61,123 bases of DNA, filler included, from Globobulimina sp. (GCA_003354225.1; 15 parts of 15 records of this genome joined end to end with filler, not necessarily neighbours in it); one strand, 5' to 3'; shown: positions 36,751 to 48,989, numbered from the whole stretch's first letter. Made by a program: numbers and translations. The notes: generated by a model not told the origin, from the letters alone.

Positions 36751-37855
36751 CATCGGATTCCTCATCTGCACCGCCAACAATATACAACGAATTGTTGTAA
36801 ATCGCACATTCAATGCACAGCTTATTATTTATCTCAGTTAATTCTTGAAAATCATTCAAAACAAATAATTTATCCTCGCGTTGTTTATACTGACATTGCA
36901 AGGCAACGCCACCGCCGCTCTCATAAAAAAGCAAGACACAAAAGCAACAAATACCGTGTTCGTGTCTGTATTGGTAAAATAACAATTTATTCCCGTTATT
37001 AATGTCATGATGCGGCAAATCTAATACTTGCTTGTCGTGGATCTGATAATTGATGTTGTGATTGTGGCTGCTGTTAAATCCAGACAATAGGAATAATTCT
37101 AAGTGGCCAAAATTGTCCAAACAGCCAATGATGGTCCGGGACGCCACGGGTTTGTAATATGCCATGAATGTATAATTGAATATCCTTTGCGGCGCGGCTG
37201 TGGACGGGAAAAATGATGAAAATAAGGATAATGCGGTATTGGTGTCTGGTGCATGCGCAGTGTTGTTATTTTTGTTGATGATGAAATTGTTGTTATTGTT
37301 ATCCGCGCGGTTTACAACCAGTAATTGGTTGGATGAGCATAATAATATTTTGTGTACATCGAACATTTTAAAGCTGGTTTTGCGATTAAATGGCAATGTA
37401 TTGTTTATCTTTGATATTAATTGATATTGCAATGGCGCCGTTTGCTGGAAATTGTGGAACACCGATAAGTTTGCGTTGGACTCATGAAATTGTTGCGGGT
37501 GAAACACATTAAATTGATATAATTTCCAATTTGATGCAATTAAGTAAATTGCAATTAGATTCTGTCCGTTTTTCTGATATTCAATGAACTCGATTTGAGA
37601 CTGTAAATAAAATCCGCTATTCTCATTTTGATTTACTGCAAAATTATAAATAAATCGATTATCTTTTAGTTGTTTTGATGATGTTATTTCATGTATTTCT
37701 AAGGTTGTATCTGATATTTTCCATAAAAAAAATGATTCCCGTGATCCACGCTTCAAATTACTCGGATTAAAGGTTCCGGATTTATTAAACTTGGTAGCGG
37801 AATATCTACCATCTGCTAATAGTGGAAATGACGCCTCTTCTAACTTGGAGTACAT
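36751..37855 (-). CDS. Nucleoporin Nup160/Nup120-like N-terminal beta-propeller, 3' partial
   Basis: FFLWKISDTTLEIHEI...LKDNRFIYNF resembles the conserved Nup160 N-terminal motif (from memory); beta-rich ORF. Confidence 0.55.
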
Positions 37856-37974
37856 TCGACGAGAAGAGACGGGATGGTGCAAACTGAAGCAGTGTATTAC
37901 ACAAATTCAACTTTTTTAATGCGAAAGGAATAAAGAATAACAACAATAATATCATTTCTAAATATATATAGATC

Positions 37975-39966
37975 ATGGCTTTGGTATGAATATAAATTGG
38001 CACTTTCATACGATATGAATGCATGTTTCATTTTATATTTAGTTTGGATTACCAGACGGCGATGGAAACTCATGGTTTGGGCAATTATTTGTGATGGCAT
38101 GTTATGGCTTTATATTATACAAAGCAGCAGTATTAATTGGAGATGGCTCCGAGAAATTATTATTAATATACGGACCAGGCATTGTGGGCGGATTACTAAT
38201 CCCGATATTGGGCGCAGTGCCTGATGGCGCCATAGTATTAGTGTCGGGATTGGGGAATAGAGCACAGACACAATGCCAAGTGTCCACCGGTGTCGGTACC
38301 TTAGCCGGTTCCACCATAATGTTACTAACTATCCCCTGGGCAATCTCATTATTTTTAGGCTGCCGCGATCAAGACCTAATCACTGGAGTTGCTGCTTCGA
38401 AGCCAAACGGCAGACCCAAATACATCGAAGGATTCAAACCCTTAAAATCATGCATCACCACTTATGCCAATACTGTTTCCGGTGCGAAAATCATGATTTT
38501 CACGGCTATCTCGTACTTAATTGTATTGATACCGGCTATCATTGAGAAAAACGCGCCCACTCAGCAACAAATACAAGAAGAACACTATCCCGCTTTGGTT
38601 GGCTTTATTGTCTGTGCTGTGGCGTTCGTGGCATATTCTATATTCCAACTCGTTGACAGCAAAGCTCAAACTACGCAGGAAATGCAACAGACTAAATTGA
38701 AATTTTTAAAGTGGCAGCAATCGGTGGGCAGAAAAATCGCATCCACTGATGTTGCTATCAAAATGGCCTTCGACAAATTTGATAAAAACAGTGATGGTAT
38801 GATATGTTATCTGATTATATTTATATAATACACATCCTTGCACTGCGATGACATGATTAAGGCACTATTGATAGAGAAGAGTTGCAATCAGGTTTTAAAC
38901 AGTTGGGATTGGTGATGGATAGAGGCGAGATTGTGAAGTTAATGAGCGATTATCAACAGGATACTGATCGACATACATTGACAGAGAAAGAGTTTGGTGA
39001 CGCGATCAGGAAATGGTCGCGCAATGTACTCAAAAGACAAAATACGAATTACGAGGGTGTGTTACAAATGAGCACCATACATAGGGTGGACATAAAAACA
39101 CAGAAAAGCCAAGCCGTTATCACTGTGGATGTAGAGGACAGCGGTGATAGTAATACGAGAAAGAAAGATGATAAGTCATCGTTGTTAGGCAAAGGTAGCA
39201 AACGTAGATCATATAACAGTGTGGAGGATGATAATGAGGCACAAGAAGAGAAATACTTAATTAGTGATAAAAAAGAGGACTTTGCTGCTGTTGATATTGA
39301 TGATGAAAAGGAGCAAATGTTGGAAGATATGTGGAAGGAATTGATTATGGAACAGGAGATGGAGCAAGAAGAGGATGACGAAGGTGATGAGGAATATGTA
39401 CATTTGACTGACACACAATTGATTGTTCGCGCAGTGGTGCAGTTATTGTGTGGTACATTGATTTGTTGCATATTTTCGGATCCCATGGTAAGTGTTATTG
39501 GAGTTTTTAGTGAAACTATAGGCGTTTCGTCATTTTTTGTATCGTTTATAGTGACACCAATAGGTATGATTTTGTATTGTTTCTTGAACGTCAATCGCAC
39601 CATTTTTTGTGTATATATATATAAATAGCATCGAATGCGGCGGAAATATATTCATCGATATTGTTTGCAAAGAAAAAAACAAAGGAAGGTGTTTCAATGG
39701 GTTTTAGTGCTTTATATGGGGCGGCTTGCATGAACAATACATTTGTATTATGTATATTTTGCGCTTTGATATTTTTTAGAAGGTTGCAATGGACGTTTAT
39801 TGCGGAAACATTGGTGATATTATTAACTGTTATTATTGTGGGAATAAATGGAATGAGAGAAACTGTAATTGTATGGCAGGGATTTATTGTTATTTTATTA
39901 TTCCCCTTGTCTTTGGTGTTGGTGGCTGTATTGGATCCATTGTTGGACGATGTTACCAAATGCTAA
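37975..39966 (+). CDS. EF-hand-containing Ca2+/cation exchanger (NCL/EF-CAX type)
   Basis: GGLLIPILGAVPD, GVGTLAGSTIMLLT, spliced EF-hand DKNSDGTIDREEL (intron 38797-38861), FSDPMV, VTPIASNAAE and LYGAACMNNT. Confidence 0.9.
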
Positions 39967-40053
39967 AATGGCATAGTATTATATAACTATCATATGTTTT
40001 GTATTCCATGTTATATAACTAGATTGACACACTAGTGCGATGTGGAGTTGCTT

Positions 40054-40731
40054 TTGTATATATTAACATTAATATAAATTACATATACATTTTATCTGTC
40101 AGTTTTTCTGGCTAAGTCTGGCAGCATAGACTAGCTCTTGCGTACTAAAAAACTACAATGATCCGTACAGCGAAACGTTCCTCTGACACTACAAGCACTC
40201 ATAATGATGAAAAAGACATTGAGCGAAGTTTCTCGTCAGAAAATATTCATCAAGATCTTATACATCTAATGATTAACTCTGCATCAAATGCATCGGATGC
40301 CAACATGGTAAGAATGCCAACTGTCGAAGAAGAATTATTTGAAGAACTATTGTATTTGAATAAAAAACCAATATGTGTCTGTGGCCGCGCATTGCGTCCA
40401 ATTAAAAACAAATTTGTTGGTTTATATTGCCACAGCTTTGATGATGCGGATGTATATCCATCATGTTCTGAATGCAATGCATCTTTCGATCCTAATGCAA
40501 ACACAAAACTTACAGTTACAGCTGATGATATTATATGGCTCTGTCCTTCCAAACAATTATACCCTCATTTATTTGGCTTTTTTTTATGTAAAACATGTTG
40601 CGTTGAACAAGTTGAGTTATATATTTTATATCTTATATTTATCTCTGTTTCATTGTATATATTAACATTAATATAAATTACATATACATTTTATCTGTCA
40701 GTTTTTCTGGCTAAGTCTGGCAGCATAGACT
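40054..40731. repeat. 79-bp exact direct repeat at 40054-40132 and 40653-40731 (period 599 bp)
   Basis: Identical TTGTATATATTAACATT...GCAGCATAGACT. The second copy runs to the contig end. Confidence 0.92.
40158..40676 (+). CDS. Hypothetical Cys/His-rich zinc-finger-like protein
   Basis: CVCG...CSEC...WLCP...HLFGFFLCKTC. Confidence 0.55.
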   Translation: MIRTAKRSSDTTSTHNDEKDIERSFSSENIHQDLIHLMINSASNASDANMVRMPTVEEELFEELLYLNKKPICVCGRALRPIKNKFVGLYCHSFDDADVYPSCSECNASFDPNANTKLTVTADDIIWLCPSKQLYPHLFGFFLCKTCCVEQVELYILYLIFISVSLYILTLI

Positions 40732-41092
40732 NNNNNNNNNNNNNNNNNNNNNNNNNNNNNNNNNNNNNNNNNNNNTTAATTAATTAANNNNNNNNNNNNN
40801 NNNNNNNNNNNNNNNNNNNNNNNNNNNNNNNAAAATCATCAACAGTTTTATTATCGTAATAATTTGGAATGTTGTCAATGTTTGGTAACTTTGGTTGTTC
40901 CTTTCTGTAATGTACCAAAGAATCAGTATAATTAAAAGAAAATACTTTTAATGTTCTGTAGAAAATATATATAATCGAAATAGAGTGCATGCCAAACAAC
41001 AAAATATATAACACACATAAGTGACACAACATAAATTTAAATATAAATTAAAAATAAAAATGTCAATATTATTCCTGAGCGGAAGGGGAAGC

Positions 41093-42057
41093 TCATACCA
41101 ATTCATTTCGTAAAATATATTTACAATTTCCAGCAAATGATATAAACGGAAAATATGGTGCATTCGATTGTAAACTCAAACATTTGCGTACTTTTTCTCC
41201 ATTAAATAAAAATCTTATTTTGAAACAATTTAAATCCAAAATCACTGTAATTATATCGCCTGTGCGCCATCTCATTTTTTTTGCTAAATCCTTGTAACAT
41301 CGTATCTTATTATTTTCATTATAACTTCCATAATACGCTGAATTTGTTGATAACTGATTGCCAAAAACAGCTCTTGCTTTCATCTCCGATGTTTCTTTAA
41401 TTCCATTACTATCAATCTCAATATTATCAATAACTGAAATGCCAACAACACCAACTTCCTGTAATAATACATCACATTGCAATATCCCAAACATATTTTG
41501 TGATTATTTTTGTTGATTGAACATTTATTGAAACAAAAAAAATCTGCCGTTTGTTTCGTGGTCGTATCCATCACAATGTGGCCATTGATAAATAAATTGA
41601 TATCGGATTTAATATTGGTGTGATTTTCTACACTCTGTTTATAATCGGAGAACGATGAAATATAATGTAGCATTTTGGGATTGTAATCTGGTCCAATCGG
41701 ACTAATTAATATTTGTTCATTACTCAATTTATCATTGATTGCTTCTATGTCATCAATGAGACTGAATTCTAGCTCTGATTCATCCTCTGCAAATTTGCAA
41801 AATGTAACATAAAATGGTAATGTTTGGCTGTTGAGTGATTTAGAAATGTCTGATATTGACATATTCGATACAGATTGATTATTAATTGCAATTAATTCGT
41901 CTCCAATTGATACTCCTAATACATCAGCAATGGAATTATGCACCACTCGATCCAATACAAATATGGTATGTTCAATATTATCCGAGTCAATGTCAGATAT
42001 GCCAACTAAACTGATTCCAAAAGGCTTTCCTGTGATTTTGACACTGTATTCTGGCAT
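41093..42057 (-). CDS. PDZ-like plus SPRY-like domain protein with an apparent frameshift near 41486
   Basis: PDZ: KPFGISL...GVSIGDELIAIN. SPRY: QEVGVVG...WRTGDIITVILDL...YFPFISF. The two halves lie in different frames. Confidence 0.65.
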
Positions 42058-42123
42058 TGAATGCAATCTGTGTTATCACCAAAAAGTTTTTCTTGCATGT
42101 TTTTAATAAAACTATAAATAATA

Positions 42124-43716
42124 ATGTCACAGCTTTTATTGATTTCTGTTTTTTTATTCTCAAGTGTTAAATGCTTGGACAATTCAGACTTACTCGATGG
42201 TAGTAATGAATTTGGTTATGACTTAGCAGACGAATTATATACCGATTCATCCACAAATATATGGATATCACCTTTTTGTATATCATCATGTTTTGCATTG
42301 GTGTATGCCGGAAGTAACGGCGATACACAAACACAAATTGCAAATGTCTTCGGCTATCCCTCGAGCTCAAACAAAGCAGACGTCACAAAACAATTCTTTG
42401 CCATACAATCATTGATTGAGAGCACATACAATGGAATACGAGCCAATGAAGCATCAATCATTGGAATTGCAAATAAAATCTATTCATCACAATCGTTAAC
42501 ATTGAAGCAGTCCTATATTAATGCACTAAATGACGGAACACAATCATTTATCGATTATAATTTTGATTTTTCTGCAAATAACGCCACCGCAATCATCAAT
42601 AAATGGGTCAGTCGAAATACAAACGGTTTAATTCAAAGCATAATCAATGAGAACACAGATATTTCCAACTGGCGTTTCGCGGCTATCAATGCAATTTATT
42701 TAAATGGCACATTCCGAAAACAATTCGATACACAGTTGACTTCATTAAATAAATTCTATCCAAATCCATCACGAAATACAGAAACAAACACTCAAAATAC
42801 AAATTGTCATTTAATGCATCAAATTGATTATTTCGAATATCATTCCAATAATAACTATCAATTTCTAAAATTTCCCTTTTCTGATTATAACGATTTGTTT
42901 GTTTTATTTGCATTGCCAATAAATAGCGACCTATCTACAGATAACAATGCATTAATTACTGACGCAGATATAATCAAAACCGCTGTAAATAATCTTGAAT
43001 CCAAATATATTGCCTTAGCTCTACCAAAATTATCCATCACTGCCACCTATGCATTAAACCAACAATTAATAAATTTGGACATGACTGATGCATTTAATTT
43101 TGCTGCAGCTGATTTCAGCGATATTGCCGACGCACAATTGTTTATTGACATAGTTGTGCATAAAACTATGGTTGAAATGGACGAAAATGGATTGGTGGCT
43201 GCCGCAGTTACTTTAATTGCGATGGATGAAAGTGCAATGGTCACAACTGTGCCGACGCCAATATTATTCAAAGCAGACCATTCCTTCCAAATGTTTATCA
43301 TTGATGGCGAGCATGACGATGCGATATTGTTTATGGGACAGATTAACGATCCGGGCCTGGTGGAAGGAGCGGAGACACCTTATAATGAATCGAGTGATGC
43401 GCTGTGGACTAATTATGACTTAATGGATGTATCTGGTCCTCGTAGTCACAGTGCTAAACTTAACCGGGAGTCTTTGATTGCGGTGGTTTGTGCAGTTTGT
43501 GTGGTTATAATTGCGGTGTTGGTGTGGTTTTTTTTGGGCCGTAGACAACAAAAGGAAATATATATTGAGAAAATCTCGAGTAAGAATTTTGTAGAATTAA
43601 AGGCTACGATGACCAATGAGAAAGTGGTGGAGAAGGAGAAAAATGATGTTGTGATAGTAACTAAGGATGAGGATGATATTGAACTTGGTGATACGCTTCA
43701 AAACTCTTTGAGATAA
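42124..43716 (+). CDS. Serpin with signal peptide and C-terminal TM helix, intronless
   Basis: NIWISPFCI, INKWVSRNTNGLI, NAIYLNG, LPKLSI, hinge MDENGLVAAAVT, FKADHSF and LFMGQINDP; TM at 43474-43539. Confidence 0.92.
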   Translation: MSQLLLISVFLFSSVKCLDNSDLLDGSNEFGYDLADELYTDSSTNIWISPFCISSCFALVYAGSNGDTQTQIANVFGYPSSSNKADVTKQFFAIQSLIESTYNGIRANEASIIGIANKIYSSQSLTLKQSYINALNDGTQSFIDYNFDFSANNATAIINKWVSRNTNGLIQSIINENTDISNWRFAAINAIYLNGTFRKQFDTQLTSLNKFYPNPSRNTETNTQNTNCHLMHQIDYFEYHSNNNYQFLKFPFSDYNDLFVLFALPINSDLSTDNNALITDADIIKTAVNNLESKYIALALPKLSITATYALNQQLINLDMTDAFNFAAADFSDIADAQLFIDIVVHKTMVEMDENGLVAAAVTLIAMDESAMVTTVPTPILFKADHSFQMFIIDGEHDDAILFMGQINDPGLVEGAETPYNESSDALWTNYDLMDVSGPRSHSAKLNRESLIAVVCAVCVVIIAVLVWFFLGRRQQKEIYIEKISSKNFVELKATMTNEKVVEKEKNDVVIVTKDEDDIELGDTLQNSLR

Positions 43717-43864
43717 ATTCTAAAGGCTGTTTTAACTTTGCTTGTTGCTTCTTTTTTGTTTGGTTTGTTTTTTCGTATTTTTAGTTTTTTATTCACTTCA
43801 AGAAATCTAAAAAGAAATCCTTCTGAACGATTTTCAGTTTATTTTCAAAAAAACTGTTTAACAC

Positions 43865-44810
43865 ATGAGTGCTTTGACTCGCGTGCAACTACTAATAAAT
43901 GGGTTTATCAAATTATATATAAATAAACAAGCAAATCTATTCATTCCCGACGATATTTTGACATTAGTTGGCAAATTTTATATGCGTTACGTATTAGGTC
44001 TTATCATGGATATGTATTTGCTGGCTATCACAAACAAACCTCCATCCAAACAACTGCAGCTCTTTAACATATCTACAAAGCAGTCTTATAAAATAGCATC
44101 TTTCTCCGAAATGGAAACATTGAAACAAAATGGAGAGCACCGTTGGTCGAACTGCACATTAAACAATATCTCATTACCTTTTATGTTTAAAAAGAAATTA
44201 AAACAATGGGATCCAGGTTCAGTGTTTATATCAAATGCTGCTATGAATGCGAAATGGTCCATGGCTGCGTATATTGGTGGCGGATTTTCAAAAAGTGTAA
44301 GTACTTCAACAATGGCCAGTGCCTCCTGTAGCATTGATGCGTTTTGCAAGACACAATTACTTGATTCATGTGATAATATCGATGGATACAATTTTAATAT
44401 TCCAGTACTGCCAAAAGCCATGGCTGGATTATCAGTTATTTATGACCATTATGACAATACCATATACGGAATGAATTCAAGCTGTTGCAATAATTCAACA
44501 TCAATCTATGCATTAAATTTAAATGCTGAAACAAAGGGAGGATTCACATGGCATGAAATAAAAAATGGTTTACTGACAGTTAGATTTAATACAAGTGTAT
44601 GTATGGTGGATAAGGGGAGGTTTATTGCAGTTATTGGCGGAAATTCAAAATATTCACACAAAATGATGAAAAATGCGGAAATGTATGCAGTGAATGCAAA
44701 AAAATCCTGCAGATTACCAATGACCAGGAATGGCACAAAAAATGCAGCCAGTGTTTATAACGACGCATTCCATCAAATTGTTCTTGCCAGTTCTAATTTT
44801 TTTGAATTAT
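43865..44810 (+). CDS. Kelch-like repeat protein, 3' partial
   Basis: YIGG and IAVIGG...AEMY Kelch-like blades after an N-terminal LLINGFIK...IPDDI motif. Confidence 0.65.
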
Positions 44811-44910
44811 NNNNNNNNNNNNNNNNNNNNNNNNNNNNNNNNNNNNNNNNNNNNTTAATTAATTAANNNNNNNNNNNNNNNNNNNNNNNNNNNNNNNNNN
44901 NNNNNNNNNN

Positions 44911-45572
44911 ATTAACACTTGAAAATATTTATTATTTTGCATCATATATCTACAATATGCTATTAATATTTTCTTTAATTCTTGAAACAATACTATTCGT
45001 TGTTCGGTCTTTTTATTTATCAAATAACCACAAATTAATTTATTTAATTCACTTTCAGAGAGTATGAATGGCGGTTTATCATTATCTCCATCGTCAATTT
45101 TGAAAATATTTATTTTTTGAACAAACGTTCCATATTTTTTTTTGCATTCAAAATATTTTTTCCCTTTTATTGTACCATTATTTTTCCCTTTAGGTAATTT
45201 TAATGCAATTCCATACCAAATCCGAGTCGCAAATGTTGGATATCCAATATAGCGAACAATTCCACCGCATTTAAATTTTGATACCCTCACATTATCACCA
45301 ACTGTAATTCGGGGACGGCTCATATTATTGCTACAACTATGATTTATAATTTGTTTATTGGCTACAAATAATCCTGTTTGTTTATTATCGGTTGTATTAA
45401 AATATGCTATGCCATTCAAACTGCCATTATTTTTGCCTTTATTAATATATTTCTCATTCAATTCAATACCATAAAATATTTGTTTTTTGTTCTTAATTTT
45501 ACCAATAAATTTCACAATTCCTTGTGTTTTGGAAAGAGCCACTTCATCTCCCACAGTGATAACATTTGACAT
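44911..45572 (-). CDS. Tandem CAP-Gly domain protein, 3' partial
   Basis: Two copies of VGDxV..G.V.[FY]IG...YGIxL...GKNNG...YF. Confidence 0.92.
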
Positions 45573-45687
45573 AGAGCACTTCAAAAAACGTCAATCAATA
45601 ACATTTGAGGTCGAAACGTCAAACATTGTAAATCAGATAGTTTAGATCAACTCTTAACCGCCAGTCCGCCACTATCGTCCAGTTTAG

Positions 45688-48151
45688 ATGTTGTCGCGTT
45701 TCCATTTCCGTAGATTATCATTTCTGGTTTCATTGATTTGGATTGTAAGTGTTAGTGGATATCGTATTTCCAATAAATATCATCCACAAAATCGTATTTC
45801 CAATAAATATCATTCACGATATATACCACATCGATACGCATATGCAAAAACTGTTGATTATGACAAATTATTGAAATGGCAAGAAATGGAAGACATTGAA
45901 AATATTATTGAAGGTATTATGTAGTCTATACGCACACAAATTGATATATTATATATAATATATAAATATTTGTAAATAGAAAACGAATTTGAAGTAGAAG
46001 AGGAAGAAGATGTAAGTCGAACTGCTATCGCCAATGCTGCCAATAACTTGGGAGTAGTAGCATTAACAGGCCATCACACTGCCACTGCGGTTACATTATT
46101 TAGAAAAGATGGTGGCGTATCAGCCACTACGGGCGTATTACAAGTTCATTGGGCACGTTTACCCAATACAAAAGGTGGTGGTACAAGTCATGATCCACCA
46201 GCTGCTGCTGAAGCAAGTGGCGCAAATCATGTTTATTACGAAGGTTGGACAAGTTTTAAATGGGAAGAGTATTTAGACCGATATAATGAGGGTATATATC
46301 TTACCAATGGGTATTATCCAGAGTTATATAAAAGAGTATTAAAATTTAGAAATGAAGTAATGGTTAAATTATTGGGAGATACTGGAGGTTATTTGGGCAA
46401 TACACAATGTTTTGATAATATGGGCAGTGTAAAACCAAAATCAGATTTAGATTTTACATTTGTACGCTGGGATGAACCTCAGAATGTTGTTGGATGGTTG
46501 ACACATTTTTATAAAGAATGCTTTGCAGTATGTTGTATGTTATAAAATTGGATCGAATTGCATTAACGTTTAATATCTGCTCAACAAACTACATACGCAA
46601 ATACGCACATTAAAATTATTAGATTAAAAGCTTAGAACCCGGCAACACGTTTTTTGTTTGTATCTTACTGATTCATATAATATTAAACGTTGCAATTCGA
46701 TTTTTTGACATTCAGAAAACGTAAATAAGGGAGCTCGTCAATATTACATCATCGATATATTGAAAGTGACTCTCCCACATAGCGATGATGTATTAAATAT
46801 TGACGAGCTAAATAATAAACACTGCACACAGGCAACTGGCGTGTATCCAGCGAAATTTGGAGATATGAATTTTTATATTGCATCACCATATGCTTCTAAA
46901 AAGCCACGGACTGATAAGGCAACCGATTTTATGGCAATTGGTACCGATCGAGATTGTCTTGGCACAGTACCAGCGGATATTAAACGTTTTTTCAGCCGAG
47001 TTGATGTGGGCAACCCAGGTTATGAATTGTGGGCATTTGCACAAGAATACCATAATGCTGAGAATTATAAAAAGGATTTATTTATGGCATTTTATTTATT
47101 AGATTTGAGATTTAAATCATCCAAACCATTGGATGCTCCCTTTGCATTACAATATTTAATAAAATTCTCAGTGGTATTTTATAATGAAATGGTAAGAGCT
47201 TTACCCACAAATGCGGACGTTCCAGCAAATGATATGAATAAATTATATACACATTCGTTATTATATTGGATGAATTATCATTCGGATGAATCGTACATTA
47301 CAAATATTGCATTAATTGACATTTGGTTTGCAATGAAATCTGAACTCGGTGCGTTGCTTGCTGGCTTACCTAACCCCCTTCCGGGATGGGCCACTGTTCC
47401 CACACCGTCACAAGTATTCATTTTGATGTTAGATCAATTTGCTTTTGTTAAATCATATTATGAGAAAGCAAAAGGCAAAAAAACGTTAAGTGACTTAAAA
47501 AAAGTGGTTCATTTTATTGATCGAACCTGCAAATATATGGATAGAATTTATGATTTCGCGAATACGTTTATTGGTGGTTGGGCTGGTACTGGCCCAAAAC
47601 AAGGAATTTCAGAAGCAATCAGAAAGAAATTTAATGATTTCCGAGCCGTTACACATCCATACAGTGAGCATAGAGGTAAAGTGGCTGAGAGCGATGTACT
47701 AAGAGCTAGACGAAATGCAGCTGGTTCACGTGAAGAGAAATGTGCTATGGTAATATACCAAGCTACAAAAGGTAGTTTAAAAACGGGAACAGATGATATG
47801 ACTCTTAAAGCGTTGTGGGATACACATATTGATGATTTAATTAAACAGTTAAAAGCACATTTCGATGATAACTCGTTTTTACCTGCAAAGATGAGAAAAA
47901 ATATTGGAGAGGGAATGAAAGTTATTTATAATAAAATTGATAGTCTTATTAAATTAAAAGATGATCATATTACATTTATGGATGGTGAAACAAAGAAAGA
48001 TGGCACTGATTGGGCAAATACTGTTGAAGGCAATCGCTTAAAAACAAAGGCAAAAAAATCAGCATCGGAGGCGCTTAAGAAAACATGGGAAAATGATTTA
48101 GGAACAAATATTTGGTTGAAAATGCAAGGAACAAAGAGTTGGAATAGTTAA
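45688..48151 (+). CDS. Secreted protein with acidic pro-region and putative Pol-beta-fold nucleotidyltransferase domain
   Basis: Signal peptide; exons 45688-45913, 45980-46527, possible microexon 46636-46648, and 46716-48151. Motif GSVKPKSDLDF at 46423-46455. Confidence 0.6.
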
Positions 48152-48375
48152 GATGTTATTTTCTGATTTTCAGATGTGTTTTTTGATTTTGTTAATTATT
48201 ATTTATAAATAATATAATTATTATCCCTTGAATCTTGATCCTTGCGCTGTTTACGAATTTGAATGCGATGCAATTATACAAATGAAATTGAAAAAAAAAC
48301 AACAACTGAAGTTACTGAACGCTAAAATACCAAAGTAAACAATTTATAACTGTTATAACTATCACATGATTCACA

Positions 48376-48889
48376 TCACATAACATAATTTGAGCTTTCT
48401 CCGAGAAGCTTTTGCCTGTTTTGTTTGGGCGTATTTTGGAATAAATACATGGCGTCCACCAAATTATGTTTACCCATCAGATTTACAATATCTTCAATAT
48501 TTTTAATGTGATGATAAAATAACTCGAATGTAATAATACCATTCTTTTCAAAAATCGCGTAATAATCACCAAACAATTTCAATGATTGCAACCAACTGGA
48601 AAATGAAGAAATATCCTTCTTAAATTCATCAATCTTTTTTAACATCATCCTAATGTGTAACTCATTCATTCTTATATTATTTTTTAAAAACGTATAATCA
48701 ATAAATTCAATTAAGCGGATATCATTTATCTGTTTTTCATTAAATCTGTCCACATAAAATTGCCCAATTGCACCCAAAGCAACTTTTTCTTTGATAAATC
48801 GCTCAAACTCAATCTCGTGAATTTTTGATTCATTTTCAAAATTTTCACCAGCGTCAATTTGAAGATATTCACTAAAATCATCACATAAA
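48376..48889 (-). CDS. C-terminal fragment with SAM-like domain(s)
   Basis: FSSWLQSLKLFGDYYAIFEKNGI; truncated by the contig edge. Confidence 0.5.
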
Positions 48890-48989
48890 NNNNNNNNNNN
48901 NNNNNNNNNNNNNNNNNNNNNNNNNNNNNNNNNTTAATTAATTAANNNNNNNNNNNNNNNNNNNNNNNNNNNNNNNNNNNNNNNNNNNN

